From assembly GCF_009914755.1 (NCBI RefSeq), contig NC_060932.1: 64,000 nt of DNA; one strand, written 5' to 3'. Under the pieces are notes generated by a model. That model searched no databases, was not told the origin of the DNA, and saw only the letters and a program-made list of their open reading frames with translations. Of this stretch, positions 29,834 to 48,860 are shown in pieces. The number at the start of each line of letters is the position of its first letter. Within the stretch, counting starts at the first letter, position 1. Origin of the DNA: the human T2T-CHM13v2.0 reference genome, Homo sapiens. The position numbers and the translations under genes are program-made.

Positions 29834-30029
29834 CAGGGGCCTGCAGGCTATGGTTTACGGGCCAAATATCACCACCTGACTTGTCTAAAATTAAAGTCTT
29901 CTTAAAACACTGCAATGCCCAATCATATATGGTGCTTTCATCTTATGGCAGCAGAGTTAAGTATTGGAGGGCCACAAAGCCTGGAATATTTACTATCTGG
30001 TCCTTGCAGAAAAAGGCTGCCAAGCTGTG
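29834..30029 (+). mobile_element. MER58A hAT MITE
   Basis: cagggg...gggccaaat...gccacaaagcctggaatatttactatctggtcc. Confidence 0.75.
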
Positions 30030-31354
30030 CTTTGCTCACACCACCCTGATTGCCTTTCACTGCAGTTATCAAGCTTTCCCAAGGCTCTACTCTTTTCTTG
30101 GTTTCCCTGCTTCTCCACAAGGCTAACTCTTCTCTCTCTGTTAAAGTTCACTGCAGGCATCAGTTGCTCCAGGAAGGTTTCCTTGAACCCCAGATTGAAC
30201 TCAGTGCTCTTGAGGGATATAAAATGTGTGATTAACTTAGTACCCTCAAGGCCTTCACATTTCCTGATACAAAACAGGTACTCAATTACGTTGGCTGGTT
30301 TGGTGCAACGAGATATGCACTGCTACATCGTGCTGCTGTCAAAAACGTAATTGCCAGTGGTGTAGGAATGGTCTGCTGAGAACTTTCATGGCAAATTCAC
30401 TAGAGCTTCACTGCATGTGACCTCCTGCCAAGCAAAATTAACTTTGCCAGGCCTGACTTAGACCCCATCCAAGGGAGTTTAGTCAGCGGGATTGAGTGGG
30501 CCACATTCTGACTCTTGTTTTAATTATCACAGCCTCTCCACAGAAGCCTCTTGGGCTCCATAATAAAAAGGCCCCAGGGCCACTGGCAGAAATGTGCTGT
30601 GTTCTCTCTTCTTGAATGCCAAAGGCAAGTTCTCTCTTGGGCTTCCCCTAAACAGTTATGATTTTGAGCTCCTATTAGATACCACCTGCCCTAATCTCTT
30701 CCTTCATATCCCGCAAAAGAGCATTCTATTATGGGTTGCATTGCCAGTAATACAGCTAATGTGAAAAATTGATTTCATAGACATTCCCCAAGGAAATGGG
30801 TAGGTATGGATTTCTTAGTGTAGAATGACTGAGCATTTATATATAAATATGCATGAGCACAATTTACTGGAGTGCAAAGTGATTAGAAAAAATGCCCTTG
30901 GCTAAATTGTTTCTCATATTCCAATGTGCAATTGCAGAAGGTTTGTTCATCTCTGCTTTAAAACCTAGTTAAGTGATGGTCTAAAAGTGAACAATAAGAG
31001 AGATAAGAATTCATGGGCAAGTATAGAAAATGATCTTATAAGAAGTCAGATACAGTGATTTACTCTGTAATTGATTTGTGATCCAATCCTGATTATACCT
31101 TGGGATTCTTGCATTATGACTAATTCAAATTTGGCTTCTAAAGGAACTGCAACATTTGATATGAAATAAGATCTTGTTCTAGCAAGGAAATGAGTGCTCT
31201 CACTACTGTTTTAAATGATTCCAGCAGGCAGGGTTTGAATTCACTGGTGCTGCTGGCTGCTAACTTTGCAGACATTAAGATCGAGAACACGGCCCCTCCC
31301 ACCCTCTTCTTCCCTTCTCTTGGCCTTCTTTTTACCATTTAAGATACAATGACC

Positions 31355-31485
31355 CTGAGAACGTGAAGAAACTTTATAGTTTGTCTAATCTAATGCTTTC
31401 ACTTACAGATGAAGGAATCAAGACTCAGAGATTAAGTGATTTGCCAGAGGTCCCTAGTAAATTTCAGGGTTGAACTCATGCCTTG
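31355..31485 (-). mobile_element. MIR/MIR3
   Basis: ttacagatgaaggaatcaagactcagagattaagtgatttgcc. Confidence 0.6.
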
Positions 31486-32779
31486 GCTCTTTAAATAATA
31501 ACCTCTTTATGCTGTTATGAACCTGACAAAAGGTGTGTAAGGTGGCTTAGGAATATAAAAACTATCATTGGTCAGAACTACTGATTTAAAGCAATGGGAA
31601 ATATATGATGATCAGAAGATACATTAATTCATTGACAGTACTTCCTGCATACTTCATAAAAGAAAGTTGAAAAAAATGTGAATTTCAGTTATCTGTGAAG
31701 AGTAGAGTATGGTGGTTAAACTCAAAATTTGTTCTTTAACATTCATGACACTGAGTAAGCAGAAACTGTATCCAAAATGAAAGACATTCCACAAGACAGC
31801 ACGGTCACTGATAAAACCAAATTACTGGAACATTTTTCTATGATTTTTAAGTTCAAGGATTTCTGAACCATTTAAAGGGTGAAGGAAGCCCGGTATAATT
31901 TTGTCTTACTGTATTTCTTAATACAGCTGTGGTGTCAGAGGAATCCGCTGACTCTCATTGTTGCTCATGCATTTTTAAAAAATTAGTGGACTGTTTTAAT
32001 TTTAAATATTGTTAGCAATAAAATTCTCATTAGCATTCTAAAGAAATAAGCACCTACCAATAGGTATTTCCTTTATCATCTGGCATTTCTGCAAAATCAC
32101 ATGCAATTTTATGAAAACTGTAAGACAGTCTGACTGATTTTTAACATGCCATATTTGAACTTGACTACTAGTTGTCATTGGTAGATAATCCACTGAATGC
32201 AAGAGTAGGCAGAAGGCAATAAGGCACACTAGCAGGGATACATGTGATTTGGGGGAGAATTAATTTTTATCCATTGTTATCTAACCCCCTGGGCCCCAAC
32301 AAGACTCTGTTCTACTGGCACTGTCTCTTTTTTCTTCTTGTAATGCTGTAGAACATTCTGAGTATAATTTATAACAAAGAGCAATGCAGATAATGGCTCA
32401 TGCAAGCGCCATAATGTTTAAATCATGGCAGTGACACTTGACAGACGGAAAGGTCAGGAGTTTGTCTTGACAATTACAACAGCTATCTATGTGCTTTTGC
32501 CCCAGAATAAAACTCCCTTAATTAATATTCCTTTGGGTTTCAACAGATATAACATTTCAGAGCATACCTGAGCCTCTGGCAACTCTTTTCTTCCTCATCT
32601 TAGTCCTCATCCGTCTTAATTATTAGAGAGTTTTAATACCTTATTTCAAAGTCACATCACAGTTATTTATATTGGGCATTGACTGACTGAAAGTGACATG
32701 TCCTATGCAGAGTCCTACACAAAGCATTTGTACTGATTTCTAATTTTGGTTCCCTTACTAATTACCTGTCTGATTTGTC

Positions 32780-32870
32780 AGTGATTTGAACCCTCTGACC
32801 TTTCCATTGAAAAGTAAGAGGGTTGGATTAGATGATCTCTAAATTCCCAGCTAGTGTTTACATTCCTAAG
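32780..32870 (+). mobile_element. MIR3 fragment
   Basis: gagggttggattagatgatctctaa. Confidence 0.5.
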
Positions 32871-35800
32871 GAGTATACACTGATGTGTTGTGCATTTCTG
32901 TTATGATTCTAAAATATTGTTAAACTATTTTAGGAGAATGTTTTTGTGCCTGTGTGAGGGATATGTGGAGAAAATAAAGTAATTGCATAAAGATGAAAAA
33001 ATGAATACAAAAATCCATGGAAGAGATCTGAACTTGGGAGTGAATAAGATGGAATTTTCTGTATCAGTTAGTATTTGGAAGAGGTATTTGGATAGGCCAG
33101 GAAGGCTTGGACTTGTTGATAGCACACAACAGAGGCAGCTGCCTTCTCAGTCAAAGGGCTGTCCTGTAACTCCTTTCCTCTTTCCGTTTTTAAGTAGGTG
33201 AGAGGGTGTGAGAGGAAGTAAAAGGATGGTAATAAATTAGGAGTGGGAGAGGCTGCAGTGAAGCACGATGACAATGAAACTGTTGCCCCAGCCCCTCCAC
33301 CCCTGCAGTTCTGTGCAACAGAGAAAAGCAAAATACCATAATGGGAGGGCCCTGACCCTCAGAGTTATTTTAGGAGTTTGGCACATGATCCATAGGAAGG
33401 GTGGTCTGGTTTCCACAGAACCCACTCAACAGACAGTCTTGTGTAAATAGTTCCTATCATTCCTGCCTTGATGACAGAGTTTGACTGGGTGCATTTTTCA
33501 ATAAAGGTAGGTAAGGAAGCAAGAGCTTTAAGATTCTTTGTCTGTCACCACATAGAAATCTCAATGAATTCCTCTTACATTCCCACCTCAAACACTTGAG
33601 CCAGCTGAACACATCCATCCTATCTCCCACACAACCCACCCAATCAACACAAAACAGAGCACCCAGGACCTTGTACAAAGAAAAGATTGTCCCATAACAC
33701 CACCCTGTCTCCACTTTGAATTCAAAACACTTTCACAGCAAGACGTCAGCTCTCTCTCCTCTCTAAGCCCTGTAGACTTCAAATGGGATTCCTAGTAATG
33801 TATTCATTTTAATAACATTTCATTAAATAAACACTTTTTTACCCATTGAAATAGGTAAAAATGCCTTTTTAAAAAATTGTTTTCAAAAACATTTTTAACT
33901 ACAACCAGTTACAGAATGCAGGAAGGTGTCTACCTGTGATCCATCTCTGGAAAGAAGAGAACCAGGAAAATTTGGCTTAATTTGTGGCAGAAGGATTTTG
34001 AGTGAATATGGAAAAGAATTTTCTGTATAAAGGAAAACTGAAATAGCTCACTGAAGAATGTCAGTCGTTTTCTTCACCCAGAGATGTTTAAGCAAAGAAT
34101 AACTCATCCACCCCCTTCTCTGCCTGGAAAGAAGAGTCATCCTGTGGGCAACTATGAATCAGCAGCCATGTTGTTGTCCCCACATCCTCCCTGAAGTGGG
34201 AGCTGTGTTTGACCCATGCAGGACCACACACCCACACATTCACATACAACTGGAGCCTACTGAGGCCACTGGCAGAGTCTTCACCTCTCTGAAAAAGTAG
34301 GAAATAAGAGTGGGTTGAGGCAGATCATTTTTTCTCTGGATAAAAGTCTCATATTATTCCAGAGTCTTGCTTAGTTTAGAGTAGACAGCACTGAACCCAC
34401 TGAGCAAGACCACACTTATTTGCATTAATTCGTCAGGCCAAGAAAAGCTATGCAACATGCAAGGTATAATAGAGGTGACAAAAAGTGTGATATGCTTCCT
34501 CTCTACCTTCAAGGATCACACATATTGTAAAAGCTACGACTAGTAGTGTAAAGCATAATATGAAATGGAGTAAAGGACTAGAACTAAGGAAAGTGTTTTA
34601 CAGATGAGGGCAGAAGAAAGAGTAAAAAGTATGCCTCCCTAGGGCAGCTTCAGGAGTGGTATGAACAATGCTTCTTCCAAATTTTTTCCCTCTTGCCTTT
34701 GGCTCTGGGTTAAAGAAAACACTTAATTTTCCATCCAGAAAAAAAGATGGCTAACTTGTTCGCATGTTTGGATCCCTCCCTGCCCTCCTTCCTCTCTCTG
34801 TTGTAATTACAGCTGTTTCTTGTGAACTTCCTGGGCTCCTTAAATGCCGTGGACTGCTGAGAATTTAGACAGAGGCCATCTTCAAAAGAACTATGGTCGC
34901 TACAGAACCTGCAACCAATCAGAATGACTTTTCATCTGGATGCAGTCTAACCGGACCGGAAGTCAGCCATGAGCAAACCTGGAAGTGGCTAGACCTAGAT
35001 GCTGGGTCTTTGTGTTCAGTATCTCTGTGATGAGGATTTGACAAGTCCTGCCTTTCTTTGACACCTAGGTCTGAATTGCATTTGTTATTGAACTGAAAGG
35101 TGATTTGCTCCCACACTGAGGAGAGGCACACAAATCAGACAATTGAATGTGAGCTTCCATTATCGGGATCCCCTCCTCCACCCCACTCCCTCACTGTGGG
35201 CTTCAGGAAAGTTGACTCAGGGGTCTCTTCAACAAGCTCTTGCGTTTTACTTCCCACAAACAAAAGGAAACTTGACTGCCGCAAAGCTCATCTCAATAAA
35301 CTCCTCCCAAGAGACCATGTAACCAAAGGACTGCAGGAGGCCTTAGGCAGGCCATTTGGTATATTCAGGTTCCTCCTTGTGAAGAGCGCCCCAGCTCCTT
35401 CAAACAACCCCATCTCAGTGCAAGTCCTGTGAATGAACTGCACAGGGGCTCACTCATTCATTTATTCAATGCTGGGTGTTTCAAAGCATTTCCACAGTCC
35501 CAGAGAGGCTGCCTGAGCAGGGAGTGCGATCTGGCTGGTCTTGCTCTGCAGTGATTCTCTTTCTGCATGTACTCTGCTGTCTGCTGGAAGTAGAGCCCCA
35601 GAAGGTCGTTTGTCTCTTTTGCCACCTGTGGGGAACCTTTGAGGCAGCCCGTGTGATTTGGGTGCCTTGAGTCAATGAACAGCACACTGTTAGTCAGTTG
35701 CAGTCTCGGTCTCTGTTTCTTTCTCTCTTTCTGTAGAATAATTTTAAAGGGCAGGCTGAGCAGTATCCACTGCACACCCTTTCTCTTTATCAGTCCACTT

Positions 35801-37099
35801 ACAGAAAGAGGAAATGCAGTTTATGCCTTCCACAGCACAGACATGAACAGCCTACGATTGATTTCATTTATGATCTGGGTTAAGTGGAATGTCTTACTAT
35901 ATTGTTTATTTAATAACCTTGCTGTACTTTGCAAACTCAGTCAACTACAGCTAATTCCTGCCTAAGAGAACAGCTTCCCTACAGTATCCGTTGATATGAA
36001 TACACAATATATGTACTTTCACTTTATTCACTTGACTATAATACATGCATACATTCATTTGTGCCAATCTAATCTCCGTGTGGCTTTGAAAATTTGACCT
36101 TGATGTTCTCTCTCTCTGTGAAATTATAGTCATATTTATTCTATTTCTGATTGGAGCTAAGGACTGTTACTTTTTTATTATGAGGCTGGAAGAAAGAAAT
36201 GTTTGATAATAGGTAACAAAATCATACCCTTAAAGTTCACTGTGATAACTAATTTCAATAGAACATTCCAAAATGTTTAAGCAGTTTTTATTTTTAAGGC
36301 TTACAATAACATCCAGTTAAACTTCAAAAACATTTAGCTAACATGTAAAGACAGCTTTTTTTTAAAAAAGTACCTACATAAAATTTCCATTACATTATAC
36401 ATGCTGTCTTTACATAAAGATAAAAGGGTACATTTCTTGAATATTACATACCTAGGGACAAAATATCATTTTGTTATTAAAAAAGCTTATTATAATTTTT
36501 GAAATAAACGCATTGATGACTATTTTTAAAGTGTGTCAAATGGTTACTTTTTAAAATAGTCTAGACATTCTGTTTGTATACTCCAGGCTGTTTAATTTCT
36601 TGTACTTCACTAGAACTTCCACAGGGGGCCACAAAATTTTGTAAAAATATCTGTGACAAATATGAATATGTTATGTCTAATCTTCAAATGGGAAGGTAAA
36701 TTAGTCATGTTTCCAAAGATACTTACAGTGGCAGAGCTAGAAAGAATGAGATTTTTTTACTCTATTACACCATTTAATTGCCTGGATGGGTTGATTGATT
36801 TCCAGACAAATTTGTTTCTGTTTTTATGATGATTCACTATTGTTTTTTAGGTTAAAATATTTAAAAAAAATAATTTCTGTGTTGTGTTATCCAGTCAATT
36901 CCATTTCCACACACTATCATTTTGCCACCTAAATATTTCTTAACAATATTAGATGCTCAGCACTGTGTGAGGAGGAAGCTTGTATTTTTTTCCTTGTGTG
37001 TTTAGGGTAGTCTGACTTGCCTTCAAAAATCCATTCTCTCCATATTTTTCTAAATATGCTACTTAGTGAGGCTAAAGCAGAGTATATAGGGAAAGGTAA

Positions 37100-37413
<314 letters not shown>

Positions 37414-37794
37414 TACAATCAGAACTTTTGATCTTTATGTAGTTTGTGATAAACATTACCAGGCTCCAAGCAAGGCGTGGTCATTGGGCTAAAATGTCCA
37501 GCAGCAACCTTTAACTGTGGGCACATATATAAAGATATGGGTCAAGATCATATGAAGAAACAGTGACCATTGGAAATCTCTCTCACCTCCCACCTCCTTT
37601 TATGGTTCAGTTCATCCATGCAGACTGCGTGAGATGATGAAGAAAGCCACTGAGTGGGAAAACTTGGCATTCCTATGCATCTTATGATTTTCTTAAAATT
37701 GGTATGAATTGTCATTGCAGCAGTAGAATATGACTGCACACAACACTTCACAAAATAACAGAGAGAAGCGTTTGATGCTAATTAGTAGTTCTGA

Positions 37795-38118
<324 letters not shown>

Positions 38119-38319
38119 TAAAGAACTAACCCACAGTGACCCATGGCTTATATTACCAATATATAGAATTTCTCTAATAAAGAGACTTGAAGTTGTTCAT
38201 GCATGAAATAAAAAACATTTCACTAAAAAAAAAAAATGAGGCTAAATAGAGCAGACCGGGGTGAGGCAATTAGCACCTGAACTACCAACCAAGCAGTAGA
38301 AAATTAAGGGATCGATGGT

Positions 38320-38520
38320 AGAGATGTTGTAAAAGAATCTTCTGGACTTGGTAACTGAGAGGCCTTGGCAGGGAAGGAGAAGTAAGGGAGAAGGAAGAAT
38401 AGAACATGAGCCTCAGAGTTTTAAGTGTGCATGACTGTCATTGCCAAAAGAATAACCAAGAATCCATGCAGTTTTTGTAAGGAAAATCTATGAGTGTGGT
38501 TTAGACATACTGAATTTAAC
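38320..38520 (-). mobile_element. L2 fragment
   Basis: ggacttggtaactga...tgagtgtggtttagacatactgaattt. Confidence 0.45.
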
Positions 38521-40119
38521 ATAAAGGGATGAAAGGAAAACCCTAATAAGCAGGTGGAATTGCACGCTGCATCGGACATCCTACATTTACCAGATATGAA
38601 TGGGCATGCCATTTCTTTATAAAAATTGGCCTCTGAAGGATCAGGGCCTGAAATGTGCCTACATCAAGCCCTCAGGGGAAAGCAGACACCACCACGGCAG
38701 CCTCCCACCACCCACTTCTGTTCTGAACACTGAAGACCTATTATACTCATTCTGTTCAGTTCTGCCTCCATTTAAGACAGCATGGTGCAGTACTCAATGA
38801 CATTCCTGGCAATTTGAGAATTCCTAATGGCATCCATGAGGTCATTAGAAGTCATCCCACTGCCCTCTGTAACCTCCAGTTCCTTCTAACTTCCAGGAAT
38901 TCTTTGAAGCTTCCTGTGCTTGATTTATTTTTAGATTCCCATACTGATATCCATTGATGCTTGAACTTGACCACAGTCAATTTTTAAAAGGCCCTGCATT
39001 GTAGACATTGACCTGGTTATAGTGGGGAGCTGTAAGGCTGCCTGCTTCAGGCTACCTCCTCTGAATTCAGCATTGAGAAGGAATGCCTGGGATGGGAACT
39101 TGGGGGCAAGAGGCTGTGCTTGCAACCCTTGGTGCGAATGACAAATGGCATTGGTTGTGCTTAGAGTGATCTCCAATTCCTCTGAAATATGCAAGAATGT
39201 CTTCCTCTGACCAGCCAGTGCCTGTGAGATAAAAGAGCTATCAACTGTCGTGAAAGAGAGTGAGAAAGCACATTCCAGCTGGCACAGCCACAGCAAAAAA
39301 ACCAAAGCCAGAAGTCTATGACCTGCAGAATCTGAGGTGGAAAAGGCCTTTTAGAATAGCTCTGGGAACCCTTGAAAGCCTGCAAAGAGGCTTCTTATTT
39401 TTCTTTTTATTTTTTTTAAGTCAAATTGCAAAGATTTCAAGCAATGAGTGTTCCTTTGTGATTGCTCAATAATCAATGAAAATATTAGATCTGCTGTCTT
39501 CAAGGCTGGAGTGTATTTGCCTCGTTATCCTTTCTTTTGTGTATTTAGACTGAACATTTTCTCTCCTTTGCTGTCATCAGCACATGGGAATTTAAACCTT
39601 CTCCCTGCATTTTATTTAACAAATTATATTGTATATCATGAGTGACAGAGAAAAGAGGTACAGAGTCTCAAAGGGCAGTTTTAAGGACTATTATTATGCC
39701 TGTCAATTGAGAAGGGATTTTTTTTCTCCATATGTTGAGTTGGGTACTAAATTTCCACTGGAATCAGAAGGAACAGGGAATTTTTTTATGTCAGCAATAA
39801 CTGGAGCTCTTCATCTTCCCCTTCCCTTTTTCTTTGTTCTTGAATGATTCATTCCTAAAGCCATTATGCAGGTGTTTATTTCAGAAGGGGAAAGGGAGCC
39901 TCAGCAGCCCAGAGTGGGGAGTCAAAACTTAAATAGAGAGATGGGAAACCTGGTATGGTGGTAGAAACCAAGTGGAATGAAATCAGGTGGGGAGGTAAGT
40001 GGCCCAGTATCAGAAGTCAGAGAATAATGAGGGTGAGATGGGTGTCTCCAAAGGCAAAGGGAATTTGGAGTAAGGTTTCCGAACCCAAGCATGGAGAGGA
40101 AGCTGTCTGCATGGGATGG

Positions 40120-41390
40120 GATTGGGCAGCAGTGATGGGAAACTGTGTATATACAGAGAGATTGACCATGCACGCAATATTAAGAATAAGGGGAGCCAGG
40201 TTTCTTAAGTGTCAGAAAAGGGAATTACAAATACAGAAAGGAGGAATAAAATGAACCCTGTGTGGTGTTAGATTGGAATTAGATGTATCAGGATAAAGTC
40301 ATAGTTTTCAGTATATGAAATAACCACAGAGGCAATTGTATGTGTATATGTGTATGCTCTAGCTCTGTCCACCGAAAGGACCTGGGATCACGACACCCCA
40401 GAAACAATCAGCACCCCTAGTACCCAGACGCTGGCTACTAGATACCGTGTTCCACTAAAACAAGCTGAATCTAGAGCTAGGGCAGGGAAAGTACAAATTG
40501 AGCCTCAAGTAGCTTATTGTGCCTTAAAGCAAGGAAATGCTCAATGATGTGGGCATTAAGAGAACACAGAAGCCAGCTTGAATAGGCTCCCACTGGCCAC
40601 ATACAGACAATTTCAACATCAAAATAAATAATAATGTAAGAGTTTATAACCAAATGAATAAAGGAGGAAACAATGATTTCATGTTGATATAAGTCAATGA
40701 ATGCTTTGAGAGTTTGAGGAAGAACAGAATATTTACATAGTTTCAAAGTACTTCCTCACAAACGCTTATTAATTACAAAGGGGAAGAGAATAACTGTATC
40801 ATAGAGAAGACTGGACAGATACGTTCTTAATCAAATGATCAGAGTGAAGATAGTGGGACTAATTGTAATTATGCATCACCCAGTAGGATGAAATGAGGAT
40901 ACTGCATCACTTTGATGATATTCCTGCCAAAGATATGTAACTTGAATGTAATCATGAGGAAAATTAAATCAAAATTGAAGGAGATTCTACAAAGTACCTA
41001 GCCTGTAATCTTTAAAATGTTGAGGTCATGAAAATGAAGAAAAGTCAGACTGAGGAATTGTTATGGATCAAACAAAACTAAAGAAACATGACAGCTAAAT
41101 GCATCGTGTGATTCTGAACTGGATTCTTTTACTATAAAGGCCATTACTGGGACAACTGGAGACACTCGGGTAGAGTCAGAAGATTAGATGGTAGTTGTGT
41201 ATCAAGGTTAACTTCCTGAATTTGATGATTGGATTTTATTTACATAGAAGAATGTCTTTGCAGAAATAGACACTAAACCATTTGGTGATGACTTAGCACT
41301 AAGCAGCAATTTTTTCGCAATGGTTCAGGAAAAAAGTTCTTTGTACTGTACTTCTAACTTCTATAAAGGTGTATGAGTCTTTCAAACAAG
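40120..41390 (+). mobile_element. L1MC3/4-like 3' UTR
   Basis: gggagccaggtttc...atgaaccctgtg...ctagctctgtccac...atattcctgccaaagat...tgtactgtactt. Confidence 0.8.
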
Positions 41391-41452
41391 AAGAAGAAGA
41401 GAGTGGAGAGGTCACTCAGCCAAGGAAAGTTGTCTTATGTTTATTTGCATGG

Positions 41453-41459
<7 letters not shown>

Positions 41460-41549
<90 letters not shown>
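41460..41549. repeat. Compound (TC)n(CA)n microsatellite
   Basis: Seen directly. Confidence 0.98.
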
Positions 41550-41774
41550 CCCAATGTGTTCCAATAACAGGAATTACTTTGATTGCTGTACCCACTGAGA
41601 ACACTTAAAAAGAACTTAATTGCCAAATTTAGCCTTGGGTCTTAAGGGAGTTGATATTTCTATGCACTTGTTTTATGAGCTGTCTTTAGAGAAATGTAAA
41701 CATCTTTACCTTTGCTGTTTCTCTCCTTGACTTCAACGAACTGAAATAAAGAACTGAGTAAATTTAGTATGGTG

Positions 41775-42110
41775 AAAATTAGCAACAAATGTCCAACAGT
41801 AAGGGATTACTTAAATAAATGGCTACATCCATGCAATGAAATACTATACAGCCATCAAAAATCATGTGTAGGACAAAATTTATTTTCATGAGAAACTGTA
41901 CATCATACTATAAATTCAGTGTAGCCATTTAAGAACAATATTTCAGCAATATTTCAATACTCCAATATTTCAGCAATGTTTCAATACTTCCTATACCAGA
42001 AGAGTGCATATTAAAATATTTTTAGTAACTATCTGGGGTGGTGAATTCTGGGTGAGTTTTATTTCCTAATTTTGCATATCTGAGTTTTCTGAAATGAACA
42101 TGCATTAAAG
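41775..42110 (+). mobile_element. Old L1M 3' fragment
   Basis: aaatgtccaacagtaaggga...catccatgcaatgaaatactatacagccatcaaaa. Confidence 0.6.
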
Positions 42111-42325
42111 TGAAGGTTATAATAAAGCTTTTGCAGGGTAATTTTGATCAATAATCACTTGGATAAAGTGTAAATATTCAGCAAAGACATTTGTTAAGTA
42201 TTAAATGCCTATAGTGGATCCAAGTACACAAAAAATGGAAATCATGCTCTTACTGATCTGAAGATACAACACATGTTACTTGCTCAAAAATACTCAAGGA
42301 TCCCACTGCCTATAGATTGTCTTAA

Positions 42326-42671
<346 letters not shown>

Positions 42672-42684
42672 TAATTTCTAAACA

Positions 42685-42972
42685 AGCACTGGCTCATAGA
42701 TAAATAATATGAGCCCCACAGGTAATGTTAAATTTCCTAGTAGCCACATTCAAAAAGTAAAAAAAGAATAGGTGAAATTAATTTTAGTAGTGTGTTTTAT
42801 TTAACCTGATATATCTAAAGTATCATTTCAATATTTAATCAATATAAAAATCATTCATAAAATGTATCTTTTTTCACATTAAGTTTTCAAATTGCAGTGT
42901 GTATTTTATACTTACAGCACATTTCAGTTGCTCAATGACCACACTTTGGGTGGCTACTGCACTGGGCAATGC
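42685..42972. mobile_element. MER33 hAT element
   Basis: ctagtagccacattcaaaaagtaaaa...ggtgaaattaatttt...gtgtattttatacttacagcacat. Confidence 0.85.
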
Positions 42973-43047
42973 GGCTCAACAGCAGGCTATGTCCCTAGTT
43001 TAAGTCACAATCAGTTTTTCCTCAAATATACCATTTTATGTACATAA

Positions 43048-44046
<999 letters not shown>

Positions 44047-44448
44047 AGTTCAGTAGGCAGAATATACACTAAGTCCCCCCACCGCCACCAACAACAAAAA
44101 GCAAACTAGGCAAAAAGAGAAGATGTTTACAGTTGTGGAACTGAGAACAAATAACCGCAGGGCTGAGGGCCTGAAGGTAGGGGAGCACTGATTGGCATCA
44201 GGACTCACTGAGGACCTAAGCCCTGGACTCAGCCAACCCCTCAATCCCTCTTTTGTGAGCTCCCTTGGAGTCCTGAACCAGTGTTTTTTTCTTAATATAC
44301 CAACCTTTTTCCTTAGGGCAGAGGTTTAACACGTTTCAACACTGTGTTTTTCTCTGTTGTCTAACAGAATGATTGAGCCAAGTCTAATCTTAACAAAATT
44401 AGCCTGCCACATGGAGCAAAGTTGACTTGTAAACAACCACTCCTATAA

Positions 44449-44796
<348 letters not shown>

Positions 44797-45049
44797 TGAC
44801 TCTAATTTTAAGGGCTCCAGGAAGAACCATCCCAGCGTGCTCACTGATGCCTGAAATATCTTTAATGATGCCAAATCCATTGATTGTTAAAATGCAGCTA
44901 TCAGTTGGAGGAATAAATTCATAGACTTAACTTCATATGAAAATAGCTTAAAGTGAGAATGCATGCCATTCTGTAGAAAAGAACACAGGATTTGAAGTCT
45001 GAAGAGTTGTTTTTACAATATCACAAAATTGTTTTCCTAATAGGCAGTT

Positions 45050-45870
<821 letters not shown>

Positions 45871-45890
45871 ACCATCAGAAACATCAGATT

Positions 45891-46210
45891 GGCCAGATGT
45901 GGTGGCTCACACCTGTAATCTCAGGACTTTGGGAGGCCGAGGCTGGTGGATCACTTGAGGTCAGGAGTTCGAGACCAGCCTGGCCAACATGGTGAAACCT
46001 GGGCTCTACTAAAAATACAAAAATTAGCTTGGTGTGGTGGCATGCGCCTGTAGTCCCAGCTACTCGGCAGCCTGAGGCACAAGAACGGCTTGGACCTGGG
46101 AGGAGGAGGTTGCGGTGAGCTGAGATCGCACTGCTGCACTCCAGGCTGGGTGACAAGGAAGAGCAACACTCCATCTCAAAAAAACAAACAAACAAAAAGA
46201 ACAGAAAAGA
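45891..46210 (+). mobile_element. AluS
   Basis: Full dimer with (CAAA) tail. Confidence 0.95.
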
Positions 46211-47018
46211 GAAGCACCAAAAGCCCTGGCACAAAGGAGGTACCAATAAATATCTGAGTAACTTAATGAATGAATCAATTCTCTTTGACTCACTGCAACT
46301 CATCAAAAAATTGGTTATTGAAGAGGAAAATAGACCAGGAGGAAAAAAAAAATCCAAGGATGAGCTATGAATGCATGAGAAAACTGGTTTATGATTCAGC
46401 AAAGATTGTGCTGATTTTAAGCTCTTTCTGGAAATTTTATATCCATGAGTCCTCTAGTGGGTGAGTAATTGCAGAGAAATGTAGTTCTTAAAGGGGAAAT
46501 AAAGCCTTTGGAATTCCTGATGTTAAGCATCCTATTTTTATAGGGCCAGGATGAGGATTATGCAAGACAGTGTGGTGGAAGGTGTAAACTTCAAGGAAGC
46601 CTCACTCTCAGAGCCAGACCAGCACTTGCATGACCCCGGGAGAGACTGAGCATCAGGGCCCTAACAAGGAGACTGACTCTGGGAGACCTCAGGGCTGTGG
46701 CTGGGTGAAGGGTCATTTGCCCAGGCAATCAGAGCAGATGGAACCCCTAAACATTAAAGGCTTAGAGAGACTGTAGAGGGTTCAACCAGAGGAGCCAAAT
46801 CTGTTGTACTTATGAGTCAGTGAGTATTTGGGGAAATGCAAGGCATAGGCAGAAGGAGGAGGATGGATGCTGAATCAGAAAGAAGAGGCAGAAAGTGTAA
46901 AACCAGAGGGCGTGGGAAGCATGGCCTGGGGATGTTTTGGGAACAGGACTGAGACTGGGCACACCTTTCTTATGGGAGATGGCTTCAGTTGTGTGGTTGC
47001 TTAGGCCCGAAGCAATGA

Positions 47019-47358
<340 letters not shown>

Positions 47359-47606
47359 TTGCAAATAGGCTCTTAAAGCCTCAATTTCCTCATCTGTGAG
47401 ATACAAGTAATATCTTTGTCATATGGCTGTTAGGATTAAATAGAGTGATTGTCTCCAGTGTTTCCATTTATAAAGTTCCCATCATCCTAGTCGTATGGAG
47501 TGAGAGAATATAGGTTATGCAGATGTGGGAGCCATTTATGTCCTTTTTAGAAGTTTCATGTAATATAGGGCAGGAAGTCTTAGGTCACAGACATAGGAAT
47601 CAGCTA

Positions 47607-47609
47607 TGT

Positions 47610-47645
<36 letters not shown>
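47607..47645. repeat. (TG)n microsatellite
   Basis: Seen directly. Confidence 0.97.
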
Positions 47646-47646
<1 letters not shown>

Positions 47647-48012
47647 CATACATTTGTGTCTAATCCTTAGCCAAATTAACCTCACCTTCTAATGCTGCTG
47701 GTTAAGGTTGTGAGGTTCCCCTTGCCTTTGGAATGTTCCCTGGTTCCTCTCTCCCTCTCCTCTAAAACTGTGAGCTGCTACAGCATAGGAAGTAGGGCTC
47801 CTCCCCCAGCACCCACTACCATGCACAAACAAAGAAAATGCTTCCTAAACACTCAGAGAATAAACAAAGAGGTGAAATCCAGTGTCTACAAGGAGATCCA
47901 CTCAAAGGTCTAATGGTCAAACATAGGATTTTCCCTGAAATGTACATTTTGGTGTCTTCTGAGGTTACTGTGCCTTTTTCCTTGCTCATCTTTTCCATTT
48001 GAAAAATTGTCA

Positions 48013-48860
<848 letters not shown>

